From Candidatus Monoglobus merdigallinarum (GTDB lineage Bacteria > Bacillota > Clostridia > Monoglobales > Monoglobaceae), in NCBI GenBank assembly GCA_019112945.1, contig DXIJ01000055.1, positions 1-52,364 of the forward strand: 52,364 nucleotides of DNA, in the 5' to 3' direction. Of the stretch, positions 38,645-49,263 are shown piece by piece. Position numbers and translations under genes: made by a program. The notes under the pieces were generated by a model. It was not told the DNA's origin, searched no databases, and saw nothing but the letters and a program-made list of their open reading frames with translations. Numbering within the stretch: the first letter of the stretch is position 1; each line of letters opens with the position of its first letter.

Positions 38645-39445
38645 ATGAAGAAGAAATTATTTTGTTTGGCTTTAGTGTTCACACTGGCCGCAGGAACACT
38701 CGCGTCATGCGGCAAAGACGATGCAGACACTGATGAAAACACCACATCGTCAGTGACCTCAACGCAGGACATTGACACGGTAGCGCCGGACGCCACACCG
38801 TTCGTACCCGAAGAAGTTCCGAGCGAGTTTGCCGCTGACCGCAGCAACATCACCAAGAACGACGACGGCAGCGTAAGCGTAAGCCTGGAGGCGCGCGAGG
38901 GCGAATCCCGCCATGAATTTGAGGAGGATGACCTTGGATTTGTTGACACAACTACCGGTGCGATCATAAAGATCGGTATGACCGTTGACGAGGTCGAAAG
39001 CCTCATCGGCTTGCCGAAAGCGGTCGACAGTATGAATGCAAGGATATATAACGGTATTGTCGTAATCTACGGCGATGACGGAACTGTCGAGCAGCTTGTT
39101 GTCGCTGCCGGAAACATGGACGAGAGCGATATTCCCGACAAGTTCGTAACACCAAGAGGAGTTAAGCTCTCTACGACACTTGACGAGTTCAAATCGGTTT
39201 ACGGAGACGAATACAGCGTGCCCGGAAACACCGACGCCAGCAATGCCGACGTAAGCTCTTCCGCTACCACGGCAGTCAGGTATTATGCGAGAAACGGCAA
39301 TGACTTCACATATCTCGGACAAAACTATACCGCCGAGAACAAGCCGGAGAACGATTCCGATCTGGTTACGCAGATGTTCCTGTTCTCCAATGAGACACAG
39401 GCGGTAACCGCCATTTCGATAAAGACCGGTACTGATGTAAACTAA
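38645..39445 (+). CDS. Lipoprotein of unknown function
   Basis: GGAGG RBS; lipobox LASC; IKIGMT.DEV...G and TPRGV.L motifs. Confidence 0.8.
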   Translation: MKKKLFCLALVFTLAAGTLASCGKDDADTDENTTSSVTSTQDIDTVAPDATPFVPEEVPSEFAADRSNITKNDDGSVSVSLEAREGESRHEFEEDDLGFVDTTTGAIIKIGMTVDEVESLIGLPKAVDSMNARIYNGIVVIYGDDGTVEQLVVAAGNMDESDIPDKFVTPRGVKLSTTLDEFKSVYGDEYSVPGNTDASNADVSSSATTAVRYYARNGNDFTYLGQNYTAENKPENDSDLVTQMFLFSNETQAVTAISIKTGTDVN

Positions 39446-39456
39446 AATAACGATCG

Positions 39457-39565
39457 ATAAGGGATAGACCGATTTTTGGCTCTATCCCTTATTTTTATGC
39501 TTAAAACGATAAAGAGCTGCCAAATAAAAACCACCGGCCCCGGGGAATAACCCCGGAGCCGGTGA
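39457..39565. terminator. Pair of terminators between convergent genes
   Basis: ATAAGGGATAG / CTATCCCTTAT-TTTT (plus) and AAAAA-CCACCGG...CCGGTG (minus). Confidence 0.7.
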
Positions 39566-39584
39566 TACGGCAAGCAAAATATTT

Positions 39585-42500
39585 TTAAATAAGATTGTCA
39601 ATGCTTCCTGCTGTGTATACATTTTCAAAGCCCATTGCCTTAGCTTCCTTAACGGCCTGTGCGGATTTTACACCCTTGGTACAAAAGAAAACAAAAGTTG
39701 TATCGCTGCTGTAATTGCTGAGCTCCGAAATATTTTCAAGCGGAATATTAATTGCGCCCTCGGCCGTCTGTGCTTCAAACTCCTCGGGAGTGCGTACATC
39801 AACCAAAATTGCTCCGGCTTCGGCCATCATGCGGGCTTCATCGGCTTCGATCGTGTCCGCTCCCAGGTCGGTCAGCGAGACAGAAGCCTCGTTGCCGCCG
39901 CCGTACATATAAAGCGTGTTGTCATAAACCTCTACCTGCTCAATATCAAAATCCGCAAGTTTTTTTAGACTGTAGCACTTTACGCAGTCGGTGAATATTA
40001 TGACTAAGCCGTTGTCGCAGCCTGCATACAGGTATTCGCCCTCCGCTGCAATGCTGTTTATGTTATACTTATCGTCATAGCTGTACTCAACGTCAGACAC
40101 TGCAAAATATTCTGTGCTCAGCTGAGTGCGGGTGCCCAGTATATTCGTGTACCAAACCTTTGTCTCGCCTGTTAAATCGTTCTTGGTGAGTGTGATCTGA
40201 GTCCCGTTCCAATCAGCGGTCTGAACCGGTCTGTCGAAATCCTCGGCGTCGTTATCTGAGCCGGCTGCGGCGCTCTCGTCACTGCTCACAGACGCCTGAT
40301 CTCCGTAGTACTCAACGATTATCGCATAAAGCTGCTTGTTGCTGCTGCCGCCGTATACGTATACCGGCATTGAGGTATCGGTTATCTCCAGACTGAAATC
40401 CTTTAAGGAGCCGGTGCCGGGCTGCGTGATCATATTGTCATCGCTCTGATAGATAGTCATGCTGCGCATTGGCTCGCCGCCGTTAAACACTGCCGTTACC
40501 TTACAGGGCGATTTGGGAGTGAAGTAGAGGCAGCGGTTGGTTGTGCTTCCTCCGCCGGCCTGCCAAGCCTTGGTAAAGGTATAGTCATAAGTCTTTTCGT
40601 TTACGTCGCTGTAGGTATAATCTGCCGAGCGATCCACAGCCGTCCATGAGCCGTAACCGCTGAGCCCGTTCACTGTATCGGCATACTGCGTATTGTCAGT
40701 GCCTCCTGAGAGAACAGTATAGTCATACTCAGTACTGTTTAGCGTATAAACGACTATTTCGCTGTCCACCGGCTCATGCCATACTTGATTGTATACCTCT
40801 GAGAGCGGATTTCCCGCTGCATCTGTCACAAGCAGTCTCACGGTCTCGCCCTCTGCCGCCCCGGTCGATATCTCAAATTCGCCGGTTCCTCTAACGGTCG
40901 TACTTGCAGGCTCTTTTCCGTCTATTGACGCGGTCAGATTCACATCTGTTGCAAGAACGCTTCCGCGATAGCCAAGCGTTACTTTCATTCTGCCGTTTGT
41001 CTTGTTCAAAACGCTGTTGATAGTATAGGGTATCTCATCATTATTCTCAATGTAATTAAGTCTGAAGTAGTCGAGGTTTGTGCCGTTGGTCTGGATATAG
41101 ATATCCGCGCAGCCGTATTCATCAAGCAGACCGTTTATCTGTGCATTATACAGGTTCTCAGCGTTAAGCGTAAGCTCGATATCCGACCATGTTCCCCATG
41201 CGCCGGTTGCGGTCGCGTTGCCTGATGCGATCAGGTTTTCGGGATTGCTGTTGTTTGCAAGGCTGACATATATCTGGCCTGCGTTCTTGCCCGCATATCT
41301 TGCAACAATGCTTTCTAAGTTAGAGAGCTTTACAGACTTATATTCTATCCATACGTCCGCCGTACTGCCCGCGTCATTGCCTCCGCTGCAGTTGCCCTGC
41401 GAATCCGTAAGGTCTGCGCCGTTTCCGTTATCGGCATACTCGCCCTCTATCTGCATGTTTACCTGAACCATAAGCTTGCCGCAGCTCCTGTCCTCAAGGT
41501 TTGCAGCGGTGATTTGTATAATACCGTTTCCGTAAACCGTGAGCTCTCCGGTCTCACTGTCTATCTCTGCAACCTTGCGCGAAGATGAGTCAAACTTGTT
41601 GATCTGCCAAACCAGCTTTGAACTGTCGATGATATCTCCGTTCTCATCGGCTGCCTGGAGTTTAATTCCGCTGTAGGGACTTGAGTTTGTTACAGTTCCG
41701 TTTGCACCGTCATACATCGGAATACCGTTTTCTGAGTAGTCTATAACTCCGTTCTTGATGTATTCGGGATTCACAGAGCTTATCTTGTAAACGTCGCTCA
41801 GGTTATCCATCACTACGGAATTCATGTTGTTGATCTTTTCCGCCAGTATCGAGTTGAGCTCCGACTGTGTTGAGGCGTTGTTGATACCGTTTACGCCATT
41901 GCTGTATATCTTCTCGATCTCGTTCCAGTTTGTCTCGGAATATGCGTCCTTTGACGCGGACAGCCTGTCGTATTCAGCTTTGAGCTGAGCCAGCGCATTG
42001 TTTATCTCAGCAAGGCTCGGCTTGATCTCGAGCTTATTGACCACCGGATACGAATCGGACATTGTTACTCCGTCAATCGTCACGGTGCAGGTGATATTTG
42101 CCACACCCTCATATATACCGGACGTTACTGTACCGTTTTCATCTACAGAGGCAACATTGCTGTTTGAGCTCTCATATTTAACATCGGCGTTGCTGAGGTC
42201 TGCTATCACCTCATCACTCATTACAGCCGAAAGGTTTGAGTTTATCTTTGTGACCGCTTCAAGCGCCGTAACGTCCTCACGGATAAGGCCGTTTACAGAA
42301 ACGCCGTCGGGTATTGCCTTGACCGTCTTGAGCGTTGAAGCGAGAGTTCCGCTGACCTCAAAACTTACCGTGTTTGCTTCGTCGCCTGCATTCTTTGCAA
42401 GATATGCGGTGTAGGTTCCCGCGGGAACAACATCCCTCTGCTCTGTCTCGCTGAACAGATACATATCCCTTACATTGAGGTCGATCGAAACCGTCTGCAT

Positions 42501-45500
42501 CTCGCCCGGCTGAAGCTCTATCTTCTCAAAGCCCTTGAGCTGCTTTGCGGGAGTAGTTCCGCTGTCCGCGCCGGGGTGAGAAACGTAAAGCTGGACGACC
42601 TCCTGACCTGCCGCGCTGCCGGTATTGGTCACATCTACCGTGAACGTAACTGTACCGTTTGCGTCAACGCTTGACTTGTCTACAGTCGGGTTTGAATATT
42701 CAAAACTCGTGTAGCTCAGTCCGTAGCCGAACGGATATACCGGGTCGTTTGTGTAATACTGATAGGTGTGTCCCGGATTTGAGCCCGTCGCCTGGATATT
42801 ATAGTCTGTATATCTTCCCTTGATACCGTCTATAGTCCGGTCTGACGAACCGTAGAGCTCCATTTTTGCTACATCTGCGCTTTGATACCAGGTTGTAGAC
42901 AGCCGGCCCGAGGGGTTTGCCTCGCCGAGCAGTATCTTGGCAAGAGCTGTTCCCTGCGTCTGTCCGTTATAAGAAGTCCACAGTATAGCCTTGCACTTAT
43001 CTTTAAACGGTTCGACATTCATCTGACCTACGGTTGACATAACTACTATTGTCTTATCGGGATAAGCGTCGCAGAGTGCCTGAACATGCGACTGCGAAGC
43101 GGGAAGATTGATATTGCTTCTGTCCTTTCCCTCCTGCGCGTCGGAATCTCCAAGACCTGTCGAGTTCTTGGGAACTGTGCCCGCGTACGCTATAATAACG
43201 TCTGCTGCGTCAAGCTGTGTCTTAAAGTTTTCTACCGAGAAGTCTTTGACTGCCGGCGTAGCTGTGATTACAAAGTCGTTTACGCCGTCATAGCCGCCGG
43301 TATCCTCTATATCTACCGGCAAACGGCAGGTAACGTATGTATCTGTACTGTCGGTCGGCTGAGAGCTTACCGTTGCAAAACCTATGGTAGGTCCGTATCC
43401 GATATTAATCGAACCGCCGATCCTGCTTCCTGTTGACATCTCAACCTCTATATTTACGACGCCGTTAAAATCTACATCCTCAATCACGGCATAGGCCGAG
43501 GGGGTAACGTCCGTAAGAGAACCATCGGAGTTCAAAGTCATACCGCTCACGTTTGTTGCCTTTGTCAAATCTACGGCCTCCCTGGAGCCGTTGCCGTATA
43601 CGAAATTAATGCTCTTTACGTTAAACAGCAGGGTATCATCGGTTACTACGCCATAGTGATTAACTTCCGCGCCGGGATTAACGCTTTTAACTTCCTCGGT
43701 TATACCTGCTACCGGTGTAACGGTCTTTGTAGGTTCTCCGGTATAATCTCCGAGTACTATTTCATTTGCCAGGTTTCCGACTATTGCTACGTTATTTGTC
43801 TGTTCTCCGTCAAGAGGCAGCATATTGTCATCGTTCTTTAAAAGTACCCAGGATTCCTCCGCAGCTTTCTCTGCGACCGCTACGTTCTCGTCTGTCTCCA
43901 GCGCACTTGAAGTGATATCCTGGTATGCTGCACCGTCATCAAACTCGCCTGTTCTGAACCTTTGCAGGAACAGCTCGTATACCACGCGCTCCAGCTCTTC
44001 CTCGCTCAGATAGCCGTTTTCAACAGCTGCAACGCCGTGTGCAGTCGATATGTTTCCGCCGCTTAGGTTACATTCAAGGTTAAGTCCGTTTTGGTAAAAT
44101 GCCGCAACATACTGCTCTGTCGGAAGCTCAGTGCTGCCGAGAGTTCCCAGCTGGAACGCAGGGTTCGGTTCTCTCGTATTGCTGCCCCAGGCGTATTCGC
44201 CCGCGCCGCAGTCGCTGGTTACATATCCGTCAAATCCCCAGTTGCGCCTGAGCAGATCCTGCAGCAGATATGAATTTGCAGCCGATGGTATGAAGTTATA
44301 GATATATTCGCCGTTTCTTGTAATAGAGGTCGCATTATACGAGGCCATTACCGAAGCCGGCATAACTATCTCTGTTATATCCTGATAAACTCTTGTATAG
44401 TAGTTCCTGAAATTAAACTCTGTCATCATAGACGAGCCGCTGCTGCGTCCTGACTCATTATTGTTTGCTGCAAAGTGTTTAAGCGTCGCTATCGTCTTGA
44501 GATACTTTTCATCGTCTCCCTGCATGCCCTTTACGAACTCGGCTCCGAGCTGGCTTGAGAGATACGGATCCTCTCCGTAGGTCTCCTCGTTTCTGCCCCA
44601 TCTCGGGTCGCGCGCCATGTTGACAGTCGGGCTCCAGTATGAGAGATTATATCTGTTGTTTTTAGCTCTCGCCTCGGTGGAAATTATATCCGCAACAGTG
44701 TACATAAGATCGCGGTTCCATGTGTTGGAGATCGAAAGCGCAGTCGGGAACGAAGTGGCCTTTCCCTGTCTTGCAACACCGTGCAGCGCCTCTTTCCAAT
44801 AGTCATATTCCGCAACGCCGAGCCTCTCGATTGCCGGCGCCTTGTAGCCGAGCTGCGAAACCTTTTCCTCCAAGGTCATTCTTGAAACAAGATCCGCTGC
44901 GCGTTCTTCAAATGAGTAATTTGTATCCATATATATCGGGTCTCCGTTACTTATATTAACTGAAAGCTTTCTGGTATTGCTGAGCGGCTGCAGAGAGTTC
45001 ACTCCGTCCCAGATAAACACCTTTACTATACCTGTTTCGGGCTTATCTATCTCAACGCTCTGCGCACCGCTGCCGTCGATATCGACCTGCGTAAAGTCCA
45101 GCATTTGGCTCTCGCCTGTATCGCTGTACGCAGCAGCCAGAAGCACCGCCTCTTCCGGGGCTTCATCGTTCTTTGAATATGTAACGCTGAGGCTGCCGTC
45201 ATTGCTAAACTCCGCGCCCGTTATTGTGTAGGGCGTATCCGCCTCCGGTATAGGTGTCGGGTCTGCCGGCTTCTCTGTCTCTGATGGCTGCGGCGAAGAA
45301 ACCGAGCCGCTGCTGCTGTAGAACCTTACATAGACAAAGTTGCCGCAGTATGTGTCCGCGCCCACTCCCGAAATATTAAGAGTGACGTTTCCCTCAGCGT
45401 CGGTTGTTGTCAGGCTCTGAGTAAACGTTCTGTAATCATCCCAGTCGGAAGTGTTTACTCCGCTGAACACGGCTACCTCCGTTCCGCCTACCCTGACGCT

Positions 45501-45872
45501 TACGTTTGACGAATTTTTATTCGCAGCCAGAATCTCAATGCTGTCATAGCCGGAGTCTTTAAGACTTACCTCCGCCATCGTCAAAACTGCAAGATCATTG
45601 TTGTTTGTTCTGAGGTTATCGGGTCTTAAAACGTTGCCGTTTTTCTCATCGGTAATGATACTGCCTCTGCCGCTGGTCGTTATTGAATCCTGTCCGAAGT
45701 TCAGGGTCACCGAACCGTCGGCATTGCTTGTAACGGTACCGTACACATCGTTTGCGAGCACAGCGGCCGTGCTGTCATTTTGCTCATCGGCGCTGACAGC
45801 CGCAGGGAACATTACTGTCCCTAATACCACAGTCAAACTGACAAAAAATGCTATAAGCTTTTTTGTTTTCAT
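39585..45872 (-). CDS. Secreted multidomain GH3 glycosidase (beta-xylosidase-like) with CBM6-like, Fn3-like and Ig-like domains and a C-terminal rhodanese domain
   Basis: EALHGV, RDPRWGRNEETYGEDP, KHF, GYVTSDC nucleophile, YPFGYGLSYT, EVVQLY..KQLKGFEK; C-terminal LVDVRTPEEF..GAINIP..FCTKGVKS. Confidence 0.9.
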   Translation of the reverse strand: MKTKKLIAFFVSLTVVLGTVMFPAAVSADEQNDSTAAVLANDVYGTVTSNADGSVTLNFGQDSITTSGRGSIITDEKNGNVLRPDNLRTNNNDLAVLTMAEVSLKDSGYDSIEILAANKNSSNVSVRVGGTEVAVFSGVNTSDWDDYRTFTQSLTTTDAEGNVTLNISGVGADTYCGNFVYVRFYSSSGSVSSPQPSETEKPADPTPIPEADTPYTITGAEFSNDGSLSVTYSKNDEAPEEAVLLAAAYSDTGESQMLDFTQVDIDGSGAQSVEIDKPETGIVKVFIWDGVNSLQPLSNTRKLSVNISNGDPIYMDTNYSFEERAADLVSRMTLEEKVSQLGYKAPAIERLGVAEYDYWKEALHGVARQGKATSFPTALSISNTWNRDLMYTVADIISTEARAKNNRYNLSYWSPTVNMARDPRWGRNEETYGEDPYLSSQLGAEFVKGMQGDDEKYLKTIATLKHFAANNNESGRSSGSSMMTEFNFRNYYTRVYQDITEIVMPASVMASYNATSITRNGEYIYNFIPSAANSYLLQDLLRRNWGFDGYVTSDCGAGEYAWGSNTREPNPAFQLGTLGSTELPTEQYVAAFYQNGLNLECNLSGGNISTAHGVAAVENGYLSEEELERVVYELFLQRFRTGEFDDGAAYQDITSSALETDENVAVAEKAAEESWVLLKNDDNMLPLDGEQTNNVAIVGNLANEIVLGDYTGEPTKTVTPVAGITEEVKSVNPGAEVNHYGVVTDDTLLFNVKSINFVYGNGSREAVDLTKATNVSGMTLNSDGSLTDVTPSAYAVIEDVDFNGVVNIEVEMSTGSRIGGSINIGYGPTIGFATVSSQPTDSTDTYVTCRLPVDIEDTGGYDGVNDFVITATPAVKDFSVENFKTQLDAADVIIAYAGTVPKNSTGLGDSDAQEGKDRSNINLPASQSHVQALCDAYPDKTIVVMSTVGQMNVEPFKDKCKAILWTSYNGQTQGTALAKILLGEANPSGRLSTTWYQSADVAKMELYGSSDRTIDGIKGRYTDYNIQATGSNPGHTYQYYTNDPVYPFGYGLSYTSFEYSNPTVDKSSVDANGTVTFTVDVTNTGSAAGQEVVQLYVSHPGADSGTTPAKQLKGFEKIELQPGEMQTVSIDLNVRDMYLFSETEQRDVVPAGTYTAYLAKNAGDEANTVSFEVSGTLASTLKTVKAIPDGVSVNGLIREDVTALEAVTKINSNLSAVMSDEVIADLSNADVKYESSNSNVASVDENGTVTSGIYEGVANITCTVTIDGVTMSDSYPVVNKLEIKPSLAEINNALAQLKAEYDRLSASKDAYSETNWNEIEKIYSNGVNGINNASTQSELNSILAEKINNMNSVVMDNLSDVYKISSVNPEYIKNGVIDYSENGIPMYDGANGTVTNSSPYSGIKLQAADENGDIIDSSKLVWQINKFDSSSRKVAEIDSETGELTVYGNGIIQITAANLEDRSCGKLMVQVNMQIEGEYADNGNGADLTDSQGNCSGGNDAGSTADVWIEYKSVKLSNLESIVARYAGKNAGQIYVSLANNSNPENLIASGNATATGAWGTWSDIELTLNAENLYNAQINGLLDEYGCADIYIQTNGTNLDYFRLNYIENNDEIPYTINSVLNKTNGRMKVTLGYRGSVLATDVNLTASIDGKEPASTTVRGTGEFEISTGAAEGETVRLLVTDAAGNPLSEVYNQVWHEPVDSEIVVYTLNSTEYDYTVLSGGTDNTQYADTVNGLSGYGSWTAVDRSADYTYSDVNEKTYDYTFTKAWQAGGGSTTNRCLYFTPKSPCKVTAVFNGGEPMRSMTIYQSDDNMITQPGTGSLKDFSLEITDTSMPVYVYGGSSNKQLYAIIVEYYGDQASVSSDESAAAGSDNDAEDFDRPVQTADWNGTQITLTKNDLTGETKVWYTNILGTRTQLSTEYFAVSDVEYSYDDKYNINSIAAEGEYLYAGCDNGLVIIFTDCVKCYSLKKLADFDIEQVEVYDNTLYMYGGGNEASVSLTDLGADTIEADEARMMAEAGAILVDVRTPEEFEAQTAEGAINIPLENISELSNYSSDTTFVFFCTKGVKSAQAVKEAKAMGFENVYTAGSIDNLI

Positions 45873-45992
45873 TCCTTTTCCCCCTATCTACATAAACTGA
45901 TACTTGTATTTTATCATAATCTGAGCTATAATAAAAGTCACAAAACACACAGATGTAGACAAAAATTGCACTAAATTCGGAGGAATGCTAAA

Positions 45993-46784
45993 ATGGTACC
46001 GTTTTACGAGATCCAGCCATCAGACCTGTCTGTAATACATAATTCGCGCGAGATAAGATTTCACCCGCACCTGCACAAGCATATAGAGATATGCTATGTA
46101 TTCAGCGAGGGGCAGCATATTAATATAGAAAACAAAGAGTATGAAATAAAGGCCGGTCAAGCGGCGATAGTCTTTCCGGATATTACGCATTTTTACTGCC
46201 GCAACGTTCAGCGTCAGGCGGAGGAGGTGCTTGTGATATGCTCCCCCAATCTGTTTTCCGGACTGTTCCCGAGCCTTGCGGACATGCGCCCCGAAAACCC
46301 GATAATCACCGATATTGACGATGTTACAAAGGAGGCTTTCAGGCAGATAGTTGACTGCACCTGCTTTGAGGAGCGTATAGGCTGGGTTACTGCAGTGCTC
46401 TCAAAACTGCTCCGTAAAGTCGAAGTTCTGACCGACAAGCACGCGCCGGTCGAAAGTCTGACACAGAAACTTATCCAGTACATAGGCGAAAACTTCAAGC
46501 AGGATATCTCTCTCGAATCACTTGCAAGGGAGTTCAACGTGAGCAAGTATTATATATCTCACATATTTTCAAGCAGAATAAATGTGAACCTCAGGAACTA
46601 TCTCGCACTTGTCAGAACCGAATACGCCGCCGGGCTCATCAGAACCACAAGCGACAGCATAACCAATATTTGCAGCTGTGCCGGGTTCTCAAGCCAGCGC
46701 ACGTTTAACAGGACGTTTAAGCAGATATACGGCATGACGCCCAGCGAATACAAAAGAAATATCGATATGTTCCTTAGCGAATAG
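45993..46784 (+). CDS. AraC family regulator (cupin + HTH), divergent from the GH3 gene
   Basis: HPHLHKHIE cupin; GFSSQRTFNRTFKQIYGMTPSEY. Confidence 0.92.
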   Translation: MVPFYEIQPSDLSVIHNSREIRFHPHLHKHIEICYVFSEGQHINIENKEYEIKAGQAAIVFPDITHFYCRNVQRQAEEVLVICSPNLFSGLFPSLADMRPENPIITDIDDVTKEAFRQIVDCTCFEERIGWVTAVLSKLLRKVEVLTDKHAPVESLTQKLIQYIGENFKQDISLESLAREFNVSKYYISHIFSSRINVNLRNYLALVRTEYAAGLIRTTSDSITNICSCAGFSSQRTFNRTFKQIYGMTPSEYKRNIDMFLSE

Positions 46785-46791
46785 AAACAGG

Positions 46792-47577
46792 CTACTCCAT
46801 ATGGAGCTTGTTTAGGAACATTTTGGTGCGCTCATGCGTCGGGTTGTCGATCACCTGCTCCGGAGAGCCTTGCTCAACGATAACGCCGTCAGCCATGAAC
46901 ACTATCTTATCGGCTACGTTGCGCGCAAATTCTATCTCATGCGTGACAATAACCATAGTCTTGTGCTCTGACGCAAGACTTTTTATTATCTTTAAAACCT
47001 CGCCCGTGAGCTCAGGGTCAAGCGCAGAGGTGGGCTCGTCAAAAAAGAGTATCTTCGGGTCCTGCGCCAGAGCTCTTGCAATAGACACCCTCTGCTGCTG
47101 TCCGCCCGACAGCTCGCACGGGTAGTTGTCGAGCTTATCCCCAAGACCTACGCTTTTGAGCAGCGCGACTGCGTTTTTGTTTATCTCGTCATATATCTTA
47201 GCTTTATTCTTCTTAAAATCCGCCCGCTCCTTGGCAAGCAGCTTAGGAGCAAGCTCGACGTTTTCAAGAGCGCTGTACTGCGGAAACAGGTTAAACGACT
47301 GAAAAACCAGTCCGAAGTTCAGCTGTCTTTCGCGCGTCTCCGCAAGCGACAGCCTTGCTTTTGAGTCAGCGTCAAAGATACATCTGCCGCCCACAAATAT
47401 CTGTCCCTTATCGGCGGTCTCCAAAAAGTTTATGCACCGTAAAAGAGTGGTCTTTCCGCTGCCCGAGGAGCCGAGCACCGCCATTACCTCGCCCTCCTCC
47501 ATTGAAATATCAACGCCTCTTAAAACCTTTGTTTTTCCGAAGCTCTTATGTATATTGCTAACGCTTAAAATTGACAT
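46792..47577 (-). CDS. Polar amino-acid ABC transporter ATP-binding protein
   Basis: GSSGSGKT, LSGGQQQR, DEPTSALDPE, VTHE. Confidence 0.93.
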   Translation of the reverse strand: MSILSVSNIHKSFGKTKVLRGVDISMEEGEVMAVLGSSGSGKTTLLRCINFLETADKGQIFVGGRCIFDADSKARLSLAETRERQLNFGLVFQSFNLFPQYSALENVELAPKLLAKERADFKKNKAKIYDEINKNAVALLKSVGLGDKLDNYPCELSGGQQQRVSIARALAQDPKILFFDEPTSALDPELTGEVLKIIKSLASEHKTMVIVTHEIEFARNVADKIVFMADGVIVEQGSPEQVIDNPTHERTKMFLNKLHME

Positions 47578-47586
47578 GTCGATCAC

Positions 47587-48234
47587 CTAACCTCTGTAAT
47601 AATTCAATTTCTTCTCAATAAATCCGAACAGAAGCGTCAGCGCTCCGCAGAACGCAAGGAAGAACAGACCGGTTGAGAACAGCGGCCAGATAAGGCCTTG
47701 CTTTGTAAAACGCTCGGCACACATAATGATCTCCATAACGCCGACTATCCTTGCAAGCGATGTGTCCTTAACAAGCGTTATGATCTCATTGCCCATTGCC
47801 GGCACGATCCTCTTTATGACCTGAAACAGCACTACCTTAAAGAACACCTGAACCTTAGTAAGACCAAGCACCTGCCCGGCCTCATACTGTCCCTTTGGTA
47901 TACTCTCTATGCCGCCCCTGTAAATTTCCGAAAAATATGCGGCATAGTTTATCACAAATGCGATAAGAACCGCTGTCAGCCTCGATTTTATAGGAGCGTC
48001 AAACAACAGTCCCGGCGCGTACAGCGCAACAAAAATCTGGAGCATGAGCGGAGTTCCTCTGATGATCCAGACAAATGTCTTTGTCAGCCATTTCAGCGGT
48101 GCAAAGGCCGACATTGACCCAAACGCCACAATAAGCCCCAACGGTATGGCAAGCAAAAGCGTTACTATAAAAATCACACAGTTGAGCCTGAAGCCGTCAA
48201 GCAGTGAGGTCAAGACCTCGTTAAAAATTCCCAT
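47587..48234 (-). CDS. Polar amino-acid ABC transporter permease
   Basis: IRGTPLMLQ, AAYFSEIYRGGIESIPKGQYEA, KDTSL. Confidence 0.93.
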   Translation of the reverse strand: MGIFNEVLTSLLDGFRLNCVIFIVTLLLAIPLGLIVAFGSMSAFAPLKWLTKTFVWIIRGTPLMLQIFVALYAPGLLFDAPIKSRLTAVLIAFVINYAAYFSEIYRGGIESIPKGQYEAGQVLGLTKVQVFFKVVLFQVIKRIVPAMGNEIITLVKDTSLARIVGVMEIIMCAERFTKQGLIWPLFSTGLFFLAFCGALTLLFGFIEKKLNYYRG

Positions 48235-48335
48235 GTTTCACATGCCCCTTTCTTTAAAGCCGCTCTGCACGCTCGCAAAAATAAACGACGCCGCACATTG
48301 AACCGAATGCGCAGCGTCAGTTAAAATCTCAATGA

Positions 48336-49181
48336 TTACTTGATTAACATAAGGTCGCTGAGACCGTATTTTTCAGCAATCGCTCCCAAAGTGCCGTCAG
48401 CCGCAAGTTCTTTCATAGCCTCGTTTACCATCTCGGTAACATCACTGCCGCTTCTGAAAGCAACTCCGTATTCATCGCCGGGGAACTCTCTGGCTTCAAT
48501 AACAACCAGGTCGGCATAATCTGTGCCCTCGCCGATCGAAGCGATAGATGCAACATAATCAATTACGGCAACGTCTGAGGTTCCCGCCTCAACGTCCATA
48601 AGCGCCTTAGCCTGTGAATCAACTGCTGTATATTCAGCATTCGCAAAGAACTCGTCGGAATTTACAAGCGCATCGCCGGTTGAATCAACCTCCGCAACAA
48701 CGCTTGCGCCGTCAACGCTCTCAGCAAATCTTTCGGCATTCTCAGCCTTTGTTATCATAACCTGTCTGTTGTTCATATACGGCTCGGTAATCGACATATT
48801 AGCTTTTCTCTCATCGGTAATTGTTAAGCCGTTCCAAATACAGTCAATATTCTTTGAATTAAGCTCAATTTCCTTTGAGCCCCAGTCTATCTCCTGGAAG
48901 TTCGGTGTAACACCCAGCTTTTCACATACTGCTTTTGTGAACTCTGTTTCAAATCCCACAAGCTCCTCGCCCTCTTTATAGTTCATGGGTGCGAACAGTG
49001 TGATTCCGACGATCATCTCGCCCTTGTCCTTGATGTACTCCCAGTCAGACTCCGCAGACGTATCTGCCGCAGTCTGAGTATCCTCAGCGGTTTCTGTCGC
49101 AGTTTGGGTTGAGCACGCCGCAAGCAGCGCAACACACATAGCCATTGCCATAAGCAGCGCAATAATCTTCTTCAGCTTCAT
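48336..49181 (-). CDS. Polar amino-acid ABC substrate-binding lipoprotein
   Basis: Lipobox LAAC; IDCIWNGLTITDER, PYMNNRQV. Confidence 0.92.
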   Translation of the reverse strand: MKLKKIIALLMAMAMCVALLAACSTQTATETAEDTQTAADTSAESDWEYIKDKGEMIVGITLFAPMNYKEGEELVGFETEFTKAVCEKLGVTPNFQEIDWGSKEIELNSKNIDCIWNGLTITDERKANMSITEPYMNNRQVMITKAENAERFAESVDGASVVAEVDSTGDALVNSDEFFANAEYTAVDSQAKALMDVEAGTSDVAVIDYVASIASIGEGTDYADLVVIEAREFPGDEYGVAFRSGSDVTEMVNEAMKELAADGTLGAIAEKYGLSDLMLIK

Positions 49182-49263
49182 ATTAAAACTCCTCTTCTCT
49201 AAAATTTACCTAATATTAACATAAAACCGCCAAAAAGTCAAGAGAGGAATTTAAACAACAGAG

